A DNA stretch of 63,906 bases, filler included, from Sphacelaria rigidula (GCA_964200075.2; 11 parts of 11 records of this genome joined end to end with filler, not necessarily neighbours in it); one strand, 5' to 3'; counted from the whole stretch's first letter, positions 12,069 to 25,278 are shown. Numbers and translations are program-made. The notes: generated by a model from the letters alone, not told the origin.

Positions 12069-13042
12069 ATTTCCCTTTCTAGCATCATAGCACCTCTCGC
12101 ACACTCTGTCACCTTTTCCACATTCTCCATATATTTCCTCCTATTCCCGTTTTCCACGTCTTTTATTACGGCCCACTTTTCCGTACTGCACGATACACCT
12201 TTTTTCGTAAGTCTAGAAAGACACAGTACGTCGTTAGCCCGGCGTCTTTCCTACCTTGAATAATCTTACCTAACGTGTGCACATGGTGTGCGCAGCTACA
12301 ATTTGGTCTAAACCTGCTCACCCCTCGCTGATTTTTTCTTCCGTCTCCAGCGCCGTTCCCACTTTATCGTGTAGAACCTTTGCATCACGTTTTCCCCATG
12401 GTGCTCAGTAGCGTTATCCCTCCATAGTTCCCTGGGTCAGCCTTGTCTCTTTTCTCAAAAAGGTTCACTACTGCTCCTTCTCTCCACATCTTGGGTTGAT
12501 ATACACTTTTCCCCAGATCCAATTATAGAACATAGCGATCATGGTAATATTTCCCCCTCCTCCGTGCTTCATAAATCCGTTCACTATTTCGTCTGCCCCT
12601 GCTGCCTCTCTCTTCTTGAGTTTAGCTACACACTCCTTTACCTCCTCTCTTGTGAACTTTCCGCAATTTTTTCAACCACTGCCCTTCCGTTTTTGTGTCC
12701 ACACTTCCCTTTGCCCACGCGTTGGTTTCTTTCTCGCACTCCGCCTCGAACTCCTTGCTAGTTGTTGGCGTTCCTAGTTTTCGGTAGTGCTTTACCAGCA
12801 TCTCTCTCTTACGCTTCGAATTACGAACCATTTTACCGTTCTGCGCTCTTGGTTTGGTCGTTCCCCTTACCCACCTCCCCTGCCTGTTTACCCGGTATCC
12901 CTTCTATCCCTGCTCACATTTACTTCCTCCCACCACCACAATCTTCATGTGTCTCATTAAAAACATCATCCTATATTCCCTTAATTTTCTCCACCATCTT
13001 TGTACCTCTTTCATAGCTTTGTCATACTCCCCCACCCCACCG

Positions 13043-13157
13043 GTGCTCCGTCTCGAAGGGGATGCGTGGTCAATGGTCACACGACTAAGGCAAGCAACAA
13101 ATGAGTACGCCCCCCCCGCCCCCCCGCCCCCCCGCCCCACCCCACCCCACCCCACCG
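13043..13157 (+). mobile_element. C-tailed element family A inserted in the LINE
   Basis: Full 68-nt body, then a C-rich tail. CCCACCCCACCG is duplicated on both sides. Confidence 0.8.
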
Positions 13158-13732
13158 TAGTTTTTTTTCGATGCATATTTTGCGTGGGCCTCTTCCCTTA
13201 CTCCCATAGCCTCTGTTAGTTGCTTTTCCCATCATTCTTCTGCTCTGTTGCGTACGATCATTTGTGTCTCTCTATGACTTTACTCGCTGTGGTCTTGAAC
13301 AGTTGCTCCTATAATTCTACAATCTTCGCTCGTGTCCGGCCTTTTTCTATTTCGGTATTAGCTGTACCTGCACTTTTCAACAGCTCGCCAGATTTCATTG
13401 CAATTTAGGCCATCTCTTTGTAGACTTCTTGGCGTTTTTCTCATACGCCTGGTATAAATCTCCATTTGGCAACATTCCTACCCTGCCAGGTTTTCATAAT
13501 TCTCGTATGTTGGCTGTTTGTCCATACCAGGCAATGATCCATAGCTGATACGTCCGCTGCGCATACAGGTACGTTCATTTCCCTACTACTTCCATGTTTT
13601 ATCCCTAATAGTCAAGACTGGAGTTTTCTCTCATTGGTATGCAGTGTCTACAATAATTCATCGTTGATCTGGCTTTCTTATTTTATCGTGCAACGTCGTC
13701 ATCTCGGTATCCTCGAGGATCTTCACTATCTC

Positions 13733-14116
13733 TGTGTTGTGTGTGTGTGTGTTGCCATCCCCTCCATTCCGCACACCAGTATACACCTTTCGGTATATGT
13801 GGGCGCATCAGCCGGAGTCACACAGGGAAAAGGCCAACACAACAGTTCTTTATTTTGTTTTAGTAATCCACCTTCCTTCTGTGGTGCATGCCTTATTTTT
13901 TACCGCGAGGGGGGCTCAGTAGTTCCTCTCCCCCGTCAACCGTGAAATAGAAATTTTGTGTACCCACGGCATAGTCGCTCTTCACTACTGTTGGAGAGGG
14001 TGTGAGCAAAATTCACAGGAAATGCGACTTCACCGAGAGTTGAACCCACAACCGAACCGTCATACGGTTTCGAGATCACTAAATGAGCCATCAAATGAGC
14101 CATCGGGGCGGCCGGC
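13733..14116 (-). mobile_element. Full-length tRNA-SINE family 2 inserted in the LINE endonuclease
   Basis: Head at ~14030-14116, shared body, (GT)n tail at ~13734-13752. Confidence 0.75.
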
Positions 14117-14359
14117 TCTCTACCCAAATCTCATTCCTCTTCTATTCCCCATATTGCCCAATGCTATCATTCGGTCGGCTTGCGTTTCCAATCCTTGCAT
14201 TGAAATCTCCCACTCACATAAACTTCTCGTTGCACTTGATACTTCTGTGCATCTGCTGCTATCTCTCCGAACATCTCCTCCATATCGACTCTGGGGACAT
14301 ACAGATGCTGTCTGAGAGAGAACCTTCCGCTCCCCGGTCTCCTGGTACCCTTATCCACA

Positions 14360-15498
14360 CAGGCTGGGTCAAGGGCATCACCCTGAAAATATTCGTCTGC
14401 AAAACTTCGCGCCGTTTGTAGGAGTTAGACCCTGAAGTTTTGCACAACCGTGCAACGGACCATTACAAAAGTTTCGATGAACGATATTATTTACTTGTTT
14501 CATCGGTTTTCGGGGGCCCCGGTGTTCTCGGGGATCCTGGACCCCGAGGGGCCCCGAAAACGGGATAAGAATCGAATAAAAAATCCCTCGTCCATCGGAA
14601 CATTTTAATTGTCCATCGCACGCGTGTGCTAAATTTTATGGTCTAACTGCTGAAAACGGCGTGCTTTTTTCTGCAATGAAGTGAGCTTGAAACGTGCAAA
14701 CTTCTAACTACTTGATTTCAGCAAAAAAACATATTTATTCGGGGATCTGTTGAGAAAAAACTGTATAAAATTGTGCGGTTTTTGCCACCAAACTTTGTAT
14801 ATGTGTTCCTTGAACCACCCGGGACGCACAATTGTAGGCTTTTTTTTTTTTTGTGGAGAATTCTGTACCGTCTCCCGGGGGGGGGTTCGCGGTGGGACTC
14901 CCGGAAGTCGGCAAAGAGCTGAGAATTGTTTTGGAATGTATCGAAAATAAGTTGTCAACAATTCGTTTTTTTTTTATATGGAGCACCAATACCGACGGAA
15001 CTGCCAAATGTGAGGGCGATCCGAGCTCTTCTTCAACAGATGTAAGGTAAATCTTCCTTGGTCTTTCGTGACTATCATACATCATCAGTGGAAATCCGAC
15101 GACGCCAAAACCCCACATTACTTAAATTCCATGGTTTGGGATATAACACAACCTCATAGTAACCGTTTTCAAACCTTTTGTTTCTCTCGGTGTTTTCCGT
15201 CAGATTCCCGAACTTCTGGTGATCACTACGATACAAAGGTTATGGAAATTGGGTAGAAATTTGGCTGAGAATTCGTGATTTCAACTTTAGAACAATTTGA
15301 AGGGCGCTGATTGGTCGAGGTATCTTTTCGCCCTCAGCATCACCGGTATGTATGGCCTTGAACACAAAGACCCGGCTATGTCACCCTCTTTGCCCGTTCA
15401 TTGCGGTCAGTATGATACCATGTGTGTGACTATTGGGTACGTCTTACGGAAGACATCAGCTAATGACATAATTTTGGGTAATATGCGCAACCCAGTTG
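14360..15498. mobile_element. Non-autonomous TIR element (~1.14 kb) in the LINE endonuclease, with an internal foldback at ~14408-14664
   Basis: Imperfect ends CAGGCTGGGTC..GCATCACCCTGAAAAT / ATTTTGGGTAATATGCGCAACCCAGTTG-TA. Excision restores FDESLWIR. Confidence 0.65.
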
Positions 15499-17276
15499 TA
15501 GGCTCTCGTCGAATCTTGTGTCCTTGAACTCTTCTGCTATGTCATACAGGTATTCCTTGACTAGGATTCCTACTCCCTGCGCTCCCCTATGCTTGCGTTT
15601 CGGTCCCTTCCCCTCTTTGCCTATCCATGCGTGCTCTTCGACCTTGCATGCCATTTCCACCCTATATTTCTCCCATGACTCTTGGATTTCCACGATATCT
15701 AGGTCACCCTTACTTCCTTATTCGGCTGTCTCTATTATTTTCAGCTTGTCCGTGGCCAAGCCACACACGTTTCATCACCCTATTCTCAGCTTCCTTTCGA
15801 ACTACTGTCCACTTTGGTTGTGTCTGTTGTTCTCTCTTCCCGATATTTTCACGTCTATTTTATTCTTCCTTGCTTGATATTCCTTTCCGTTTCCGACCCG
15901 GTCCTCGTCTGTTTGTTTTGGGCCGCTATTCCCCTCCCCCCTCCTTTCCCTCATGGGGATTTACTTGTTCCTGCTTGCCCTTACCTCCGTTGACACGAGG
16001 GCTACGTCTCAGGTTTGCTATTCCATTGGGTATGCATACTCTCACGACCGTACCCCTCTCACCCATGCTGAATTTTTACTTGCCTCTACCCTCACCCATC
16101 CCTTGCTCGCTCTCCGTTATAGCATGACTCGGAAGTGTTCTCCCTCCATGTTTACTTTTCCTATTGCCAAGCGGTATAGTGCTACTTCATCGTACTTTCT
16201 CTTCAACTTTATTCTCGTCATATCACCAGGGACCCCATACACTAGCACTACTAGTACTTTACCGGTCCACTCTCTATCTTTCTCCATCCACCACTCCTTA
16301 CCGTCGCTCTCTCCATCTCTTTTGAGAGTATCTCCGGCTTGTTTGTTTCCAGTTCTGCGGTGGGATGTAGTCAAGGTACTGGGATATCTCAACCCTTGTA
16401 CTTGTTGGGGGGCTGGTGTCTTTCAATTCTTTTTCTGGCTCTCCGATACTGAATAGTATCTCCAACTCAGGCTCGTAGCCTGAAGCCAAGTCCAACATCC
16501 TTAGTACAAGTACCCCGCGTTTGAGCCAGGCGACCCGCGTAGTAAACCATCCAGACGCCCCACGATCGTATCCTCTATCGTTTTATCCCGCTGCCGTACT
16601 GCTTACTTTCCTCCAGGGAGTTCATGTTCACCGTGTAAGGTTCAAGGATGGCTTGCATAACAGGAAGTCTTGAACATCGGGACATCACGTTCGCCCAATC
16701 TACTTACGTTTCACCATGAGTAGCTGCCGCACTAATGCTCCCGAGTAGACCTTCGCTGTCGGAAGCTTGGCCAACGATTCCCCTACATTTTGTATTCGCT
16801 TCTATCCTTCAAGATCTCAAGATATCCACGTACTGCCTGGTGCTTGTCTTATTTGGCCATGTGGTCAGTCATTGACAAGGTGCTCGTTTCGTGAGTGCAG
16901 TAGTAGGTCTTGATGGTTTTGTCATGCACCTTACATCCTTTCCCTTCACTTGCGAAGATCTCATGTTTGGATTACGTGCTTCCTCACCAACAGCATGTAC
17001 TCTATCAGCCTACCGCAGGATTTACGGCATCGATCAATCTCTCAACGTGGCACGGGGAAGCCCAGTCAATCTAGATTTTCTGGGAGGGCCACATCACCGA
17101 GAGTTTTGTTTGTAAACAACAGCTGATCGAGATGTCTTCTAAGCGACGGGATCGGATACCATCTACGGGCCTTGTGTGTGAAGAACATCGCCTTTTTTTT
17201 GTTCTTGTCTTAACTCAGATGATATATTCCGTGACTCCCGGTGATATTAAAGGTATCAAGAAGAGCATTACGCCCT

Positions 17277-17323
<47 letters not shown>

Positions 17324-17457
17324 TCTCTCCGGCGCACAGAGGATCGGTCGTGGTCTGNNNNNNNNNNNNNNNNNNNNNNNNNNNNNNNNNNNNNNNNNNN
17401 NTTAATTAATTAANNNNNNNNNNNNNNNNNNNNNNNNNNNNNNNNNNNNNNNNNNNN

Positions 17458-17815
17458 TTCTTCCCTGCCGGTGTATGGCAGAGCAGTGTGGTACCTCTTT
17501 TTTTTTTTTTTTTGCCGATTGTTTTTTACGACTGGGTAAGAGTGTGGTTCTATGCAAGACTTTGTACACCGAAGCCATGTGGCAGAGATCGGCCATTTCT
17601 TTCTTTGCTTTGCTTTTCTCATCTTTTTTATTTATCGCTTTTCTTTTCTTTTCACGTCTTAGCCTACAATGTTTTTCCGTTCTGTTCTACTTTTTCTGCT
17701 TTTTTTTCTTCTGCAGCGAGTGGTTCGGGTTTGTTTCTTCTTGGGAACGTCTGTCATGTGACCACGGTTGGATCGCTGGGGGGTCACTTCAAGTGCGACA
17801 ATCAGTCGATAAATC
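17458..17815 (+). mobile_element. 3' end of non-LTR retroelement, same family as 1300-1862
   Basis: Colinear similarity, ending GGGGGTCACTTCAAGTGCGACAATCA. Confidence 0.6.
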
Positions 17816-17897
17816 AAAAATCAGAATCAACGAGAAAATGTCTGGGTTCCAACGGCAATATCCTCTGTGATGTTTGTTGTTCCCAAAACGATTTTTG

Positions 17898-18172
17898 CTA
17901 GGGCTCTTCACGAGAAAACGGGACGAGAGAATTTACCATGGCATGGAAAACGACGAGACGGGAAGGAAATTACGCTCCTGAAAGCACGACGGGACAGTAT
18001 AGAGTGGGACGGAAATTTCACGTCCCGTCCTGTACGGTCTTGTCTCGTCTCGTCTTGTCCCGTTATCACGGAGAAGAGTGAATGGTCCGTGAGATTCCCG
18101 TCCCGGTCCATCCCATTGCCATGGGAAAATGAGTACCGTCCCGTGAGAGTCCCGTCGTCACGGAAAGTGCTT
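17898..18172. mobile_element. MITE-like element with inverted subterminal GGGACG/CGTCCC motifs
   Basis: Left half is rich in ACGGGACG and right half in CGTCCCGT. Ends AGGGCTCTTCACG / CGGAAAGTGCTTG. Confidence 0.45.
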
Positions 18173-21100
18173 GCAGAACAACCCGAAACAACTGCGCCGA
18201 GGCCAAAGGCTTGTGTAACCCATGCCTTCACGCATCAGCAGACAAAATTTTGCAGATTTCGACGTTTTTGTACGGTACACTGTACCAAGTCAGGCATAGG
18301 TCGGGAATTACCCCCAAGGTTACTTTCAACTTCCTACGAAATTGAACGGATTCCCCGTTTCATCGACGGGAAACCCCGTCAGGATGTAAAGTTTTTTGTT
18401 TTCACCTCTTCATCGCATTAACCCGGTCATTCAGACCCACAGTCGAAATGCAGAACGTTCCGGGGTAACAACGCAGAGAAGCGTAGACTCTCCTCTGGTG
18501 GGGGGGTATCTCATTGCAGTGACGAGCTGCAGGCGGGAGCGTCTCCCGTCTGAATTATTTTCACTATCAACACATGGCCTCGGACGGAAAACTCTAAGCA
18601 GCTGTCTTCCCTGTTGCAAGGAATACACAATTCATAGATGAGCTCGGACGGGAAAACCTTGGGCAGCGCCACACCAGTAACCACCTATGAAACCATCGAG
18701 GGAAACCAGTGAGATACATATCGACAAGAACATGACTAAATATCAATAGGCGCAGCTGCTACCAGGGTAAGACAGAACACAAAGGCAGAACGGAAGAGAA
18801 AAAAACAAGAAAATGGGGTCGAGACAAGAGACGCCGACGACTCACGAAAGGGCAAAGCCAGAGCAGAGCCGACTAGTACGAGCCAGAAGATGCGAAGAGG
18901 AGGGAAGGAACATCACACGACAACTCCTTGTGGGGCCAAAAGTGTAAACCAATCAAATATGAATATTTTAAACCTTCGCAAACCTTCCACGGCTGAGTAG
19001 ACGGCCGGGCGGGTTAGTCGATTCGGGAATAATATACTCCACCATCTTGCAGGATTCCAGCAAAGTTGACGGTTGTCGGTGCGCGCACTTTGACTCTAGG
19101 CGAGAAAAATGAAAATGCGGTACTAGCTGAGAATGAGTTGCGTGAGGTTTGCATTATTCTGTGAACGGGTGGTATCTGACGTGGTGGTCCGCAAGACAGG
19201 TGTCAGGTGTCCCTTCGTACCTTCCCCCCGCATGTTTTCGATCGACAAAGCCGAGGGCAGGTCGGGTACGGCATGTACTTTTGAAGACTCGCTTAAAAAA
19301 CTCGGGTACTTATTCTACCCAAGGTTTGGGTAGATTGGGTACGGCCTCAAATATTCTACCCAACTTTTGGGTAGATTATGCAGGATCCCAAATACTCCAA
19401 TCCAATCGCGGGTAAGTACTCTCAGAAACACCTGGGTACAAAATATCACTTAGGTATGTTGGGGGTAAGACATCCAACACTCCACCCAAATTTTGAGTAC
19501 ATAGGGAACGATTTCAATACTCCTTCCAAACTGTGGGTAAGTAATCTCAGCAATACCTAGAGTACCACTTGGGTTATTACAATCAGGACGTCAATACTTG
19601 CTCTGCTTAGAAATTGGATAATTTGGGTACGAATTAAAATACTGCATTGTCAGTTTCTGCGCTGCGATGTGTGCAATTGAGCTGGAGTTCTTGTATGAGG
19701 TAGAAACTGATATTTCCTGTAGTTGGAGGCCAGTATGACTGTGATGTAATGCTTCATCGAGCCTGCTGATCCCATCATGCATTGATTCCGGTAGGGGTGG
19801 TGAAGAACGTGACACTAAACCATGAGCAGCACTAAATCTGGCGCTGGTACAAGTGCTGGTATTTTCAGAACAGTATTTTACCGTGACATACTCGTAGTCC
19901 ACGTGTGTCGCGTGACACTAGACGACTAGCTTGAAGACCACCTCAACGATAGCGCAGGAACAGTGTCCACAACACAGTTCGTGCAGTGTGGTAGGGCGAC
20001 TTGGTCTACAGCGACGGTGTGCACTGTGTACGACCCTGCTAGGGCTACAATCCATATCAGTGTTATTCCTTTTCAAAATTATGGAGGTGGTGTGTCTATC
20101 GTATAGATAATCCGAAACGGCAAAACACTTTGAGACGGTCATGCTCCAAGGCCTAACATATGATTCCGAAGGTAATAGTCGAGTTTGGGGAAGAAGGCTC
20201 CAAATCAGCCCGGATAAATGGCGCTACAGAGGTCGAGCACGCGTATCTCAGCGGGAGGGGGCAAGAAGGTATGTTGCTGCGTGGTCGAGAAGTATTCATT
20301 GGTCGATATATGTAGGTCCTGCCTGCGGCGATAATGCAATACATTGATCGCCTGTGGTCCGCGTACTCTGACGGCATACCGCCTCTACTGTACCAGGTAG
20401 GCCATGAGTGCGGCCAAGAGTAAGCATATGCTGTAGAGAGAGGGTACAACGTGTTCGCTGCTGTGCGGTGCGCTGTAACATGCATCGGCGCATGTCGCCA
20501 TGCTACAGTCATCCATGTCCACCGAGCACTTGTGATTCCCCGTGTGTGTTTGCTGCGAGTTGAAGACGACCCGAGGTTGACATTGCTCCCTCATGTTGGG
20601 CATGACTGCTCTCTGACACTGCTATAGTTGTTGCAGTATAGTCCGTAGAGATGACGTCTTCGCGAGTACAGGTTGATTGGTGGTATTGTAACACCCCCTC
20701 GGAAGATATGCTGTAGTGCTCATATGAGTTAGGATTAGGTAGCGCAAATCCCACGCCACAACGTGTAGCACGGCCTGTGCTTTAGTGACACTGGTCCTTA
20801 TTTCCTGCTGCATGCATCACGCGTGGACGGGTGGCCCCATGCGACATTCCGTTTGTAACAGTGCCCATGAGATGTGGTGATATGCTCTTCAGGGAGAACA
20901 AGATGTTCCCCCGCGATCGCACGGCGACGATTGCGGTATCAGCGAGTTGCACACGAATAGAGAGGATGTAAGGATGTAACCTGTGCGGTCATATCGCTGT
21001 GCAGGGCGAGGGCGGTCCCCTCAGCGATGTACGAGCGCGTGTGTCACCCCGCCTGTCCTGAAATTAGGATATTTATCAATATCTGACGGTGATTAACACC

Positions 21101-22139
21101 CCCTCATAAAAACGGTTCGAAGGTTTACGGGCGGGATAGTCCCGACATGTAGACACCAGCGCTTCTGTCCTGCGACGGAGTTTGTTCCTTCCCAACAATC
21201 ACGCAGTTCAGCTTATATCAGCGGGCGCAATCAGTCGTGTGTGTGTGAAGAACGTCCCGAAACATGAGTCAGAGTCAGGATTCCACGTGCGATGCCGTCG
21301 ATCGATTTCGGTTCAGCGGCTATGATTGTGCGGGTGTGCCGCTGTGACAAGGCGGGCTGGATTTGTAGGAGGCCATACTTTGTAAAATACGCCAGTCGCA
21401 TTCCTCCATTTATGCCACCATTGTTACGTGAAAAGGTGTGATGGCAGGGAACAAAGAGGGTGCAAGTACAACTTGGGTATGATTGAAGCCATCGTTGTGA
21501 ATCACGACGGACATTTGCATTGTACATGACACCCCGCAACATGCAACGTTATCATCCGCTCCGATTCGTCTAAATATCCTGTGTTCCTCAATCAACTCCT
21601 GGTGACTGCGAAGCACCATGTTCCCCGCGAATTAAGATTCCGATAACCGATGTCTTGGGGTCTTTGTGGTAAACATGAATGAAGGGGGGTTGACGCGAAC
21701 AAATGAGGTCCGAAATGAAATTTGGTGTGGTGGAATCTTCGTAATCCGGCAACGAAAAAATCGTTCAGTGCGCCGAAATATTGATTATGCCTACCCTAAT
21801 TGTGTGGCATGTGGTAGTTCTCAATAGCTACCTGTCGGCGAAGGAAGGCACCATATTTAGCTTGAGCATAGTATGAATGCAGCATGCAGCGCATGGTAGT
21901 CATGTTCTTTCGAGTTTTCCGTACAGCAGTAAACGTAGCCCGTGGTGTAGGTTCCGTTTACGGTCTGTACCACGCACGACGAGTTCCGTGCAGTATGGAA
22001 TAGTGCAACCAGGTATCTTTCGTGGAGCCTGCTGTACGGACTGTGTTGCGCCGAATATGCCGCAGTTATTGCTGCGACCCATGATAAATTACTGTTAGAG
22101 TTGATTGACGGGGTGCAAGTCCTGCCTACATGATTTGAC

Positions 22140-22840
22140 ATACCGTTCATGCGGTAATCATGATCCACCCCCCGCGCCGGGTCTCACTCGTGCTGCTTCT
22201 GCTCCTACCGCGTGCGCCGTCGAGGGCAGGTGGGAAGGATTGGAGCGGTTGCCAGCTCCAGCAGCAGGAGCGGTACACCCCCTGCGCGCCCGGTTGTATG
22301 GCGGCGGATGAGAGGAGAGACGCGGCGCGGTCTAATCGTGATTCCACTTTCGGGTGAACCATAGCCGGGGTTCACCAGCGACGGCACACCGGCCGCCGGC
22401 GAGCGCCCACCGTCGTTGGCCGGCGGCTCCCACCGACGCAGTCGCCGACAGTCTGCCGCGCATGGACGATGTCGCGGGGATATGCTGCCGGGAGTTCTGT
22501 TGGGGGGGCAACGGCCGACGCCACCCACCTCTACAGAAGAACCGCGCGTTGGGCAGGCCGACGTGCATACCCCCAAAAGGCGGAACCGGGTGTCGCTGTC
22601 GTGCGGAAAGGCGGCTGGTGTACAAGTGACGGGGACCACAGCGCACCTCTGACGAAGGAGAATGTGGTGCTCAGACTGTCGCCGCATGCTCTCCTCATGC
22701 AGGAGGGGCTAGTCAAGTTGCTGAAGTGTCAGTGTAAGCCAGACATGGCTGCGAGGCACAAATGCAAGAACTGCAGTTGTGGCAAGAGGGGCAAGCGATG
22801 TGTATTTGGATCTTGTGGATGCAACGGTGCAGGCGACCTC
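22140..22840 (+). pseudogene. GC-rich coding relic ending in a Cys-rich (CXC/Cys8-like) finger, possibly an Academ-type transposase C-terminus
   Basis: GGW..DG...LVKLLKCQCKPDMAARHKCKNCSCGKRGKRCVFGSCGC in ORF 22469-22972. No intact upstream frame. Confidence 0.4.
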
Positions 22841-23276
22841 CCGATATGGGCCCGGATGACGCAGCGGCCGCGGCGATCTCAACGTGACATGCACTGGGTG
22901 CTACTGCGGGGGTCGCGGGGCCCGCAGACGGTGAGTGAAGCACCGCCCTTACGCGCAAATTATCGCACTTGAAGTAACCCCCCAGCAAGTCGGTGGCGGT
23001 GACATGATAGACGTACCCAAAACATAACCAAACTCGAAACCGACCCTGAAAACCGTTAGAAGCAGAATAAAAGGATGGCGGAAGTATAAAATAAACGCAG
23101 ACGTAAAACAAAAAGCAACAGACAAAATATTGAGGGCAATGGCCTAGAAAAGGTATACCTTCTCGTTTTTTGCCTANNNNNNNNNNNNNNNNNNNNNNNN
23201 NNNNNNNNNNNNNNNNNNNNTTAATTAATTAANNNNNNNNNNNNNNNNNNNNNNNNNNNNNNNNNNNNNNNNNNNN

Positions 23277-25155
23277 GGCTTGATTTACAGCGCCGTTGCC
23301 ACTCGACGCCAACCCAAGAGTCTAGAGGTGAAGGGAAACGGGGGGGGGGAAGTGGCCTACGTGTCCGAAATGTTTCGCTCGACAGATCCTTGGATCGCGT
23401 GCACATTTTCACGGATTACCGAAAACTTGTGTATATTTTCAACCCGGAACCGTGCGTTACGTCTATGACGAAAGCATTGGCACAACGTTTGGAGGGTTGG
23501 AAAGCTGTTCTTGGCCAGCACCGTTACTCGAATTGCCATATTTCGGTTGACCGTAAGGCGTGGCTTGACTTGCTTTCGCGCTGGGTAATATTCTGGCTTT
23601 TCCTGTGCGCGCTGTGGCTGTGTATGGCCTGTGTGAACCTGATGACTCGATGCCGTCCAAATCTGTTGTTCGCCAAGCGCAACGAAAAGACCTTCGGGGC
23701 CGGAGATGCGGATGTGCAATCTTTCGAGTCGGACGTTGGTACTGCTACCTTGGACAGTAAGGGTCTGTTTCGTGTGCATATGCGTGGCCGAAACGTTTCG
23801 TGGATTCCGAGTTCTGACAAGCGGTTGCAGGTACGTCTGATGATTTGCGCGCACAGGCCGACGCCGGGCATCGTGGTGTGGCTGCGACGCTCGTGTGCTT
23901 GCAAGAATCCTGTGTCTAGCAGGGGATAGAAACTCGTGTGCGCGAATTTGTTCGCCAGTGTCTTCACTGTGCTGACTCGAGGGCGGGAGATGCTGTTCTC
24001 CGCTCGCTCGGCGAAACGGTCCATGGGACCACGCCGATTGAAGTCGTTCATTTTGACTTCTTGTACGTGGGCGAGAGTGGCCCGCTAGCTTCCCAAGGTT
24101 TGTCGGAGGATGCTGGGTTTCGATACATTTTGATAATCATGGATGATTTAAGCAACTTTGTTGCTCTGGAACCAGTAGCAGTGTGTACTGCTGAATCGAC
24201 CGCTGCATCTGTACTGAATTGGTGCAAACCTTTGGGGGCGCCCCGTGTGTGGGTGAGCGATACCGCCACGCATTTCAAGAATGCAATCTTGGCCCGATTG
24301 CGAGAGGCTTTGCGCGTTGATCACCACTTTGCGGTAGCGTATTCTCCGTGGTCTAACGGTACGTGCGAACGCATGGTCAAGGAAATAGTTCGTGCTCTTC
24401 GCTCTATTCTTCTTGAACAGCGTAGAGCGGTTTCCGAGTGGATGGACGTGTTGCCGGCGGTGAAATTGGCGCTTGATACAGCGTATCGTCGTCGTTTCGA
24501 TAGTACGCCGTACCACGTGATGTTTGGTCGTGTCCCTCGGATGTCTTTCTCGGTGCTGGTGTCTTCGTCGGCGGGGGAATGGAAGTGTGCTGTTTCGGAC
24601 GATGTTCAAATTAAGAGTGCATTGCAAGGAGTCCTGAACTTGCAAGAACCTTTTCGCGTTCAAGCGCAGGAACGTGTTGCCGCTGAACGTGCGCGTAGAC
24701 ATGAGGGGTCCTCGTGGGGGCTGGAAGTGTCGAATTTTGAGGCAGGCGACTATGTCTTGCATGCACGCGTGCGTCGTCCGGGCGTTACGCCCAAGTTGAT
24801 GGTGACTTGGACTGGTCCGTGGTGAGTGGTTGGTGCTCACCACCCACACGTGTTTGAGATTCAAAACATTGTTTTGGGGCGTGTTCAAACCGCCAATGTA
24901 GCTCGTTTGCGTTTTTATGTAGACTCGCAGCTCAATGTTACGGCTGACGTTAAGGACGTGCTCCAGCATGCTTTCAATCAGGGGCAATTTGAGATGGCTG
25001 GTATTGTCCCAGTGGCAGAAGCAGATAATCGTTCCTTGATGGTGTTGGTCGACTGGGTTGGTTTCGAAGTTGAGGAGCGTACGTGGGAACGTTTCAAGAA
25101 TATTTTTGAGGCCGCTCCGGAATTTCCTACGAAGGGGTGCGTACATTGCGCGTGA
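23277..25155 (+). pseudogene. Ty3/gypsy pol remnant: RNase H, integrase (HHCC, DDE, GPY/F) and chromodomain-like C-terminus
   Basis: FTDYRKLVYIF...QRLEGW...DLLSRW (RNase H); ICAH..GHRG..CLHC; VHFDF..SDTATHF..YSPWSNGTCER; PKLMVTWTGPW; LVDWVGFEVEERTWE. In-frame stops and frameshifts. Confidence 0.92.
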
Positions 25156-25278
25156 CTCGTGCCGTTCCTGCTTGCATTTCGAATGAGTTTGGTATTCAGT
25201 TGTGACGTACTCATCGGTGTGGTGTTTTCTGTGTGTCAAGCTTGTTGATCGATTTTCCTTCAACGCGCTTTGGGGGTC

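Larger units (their letters stand above)
11841..16500 (-). pseudogene. Decayed LINE (putative ORF1 remnant, APE endonuclease, RT), interrupted by nested insertions
   Basis: Endonuclease remnants DIVEIQESWE...RGAQGVGILVKEYL...FDES/WIRVP (15700-14300). RT remnants WREGAVVNLFEKRDKADPGNYGGITLLSTMGK and SKYVDI (12500-11841). Many stops and frameshifts. Confidence 0.8.

Noticed and set aside
24148..25263. 371-aa minus-strand ORF
   Set aside because: Antisense shadow of the gypsy integrase.
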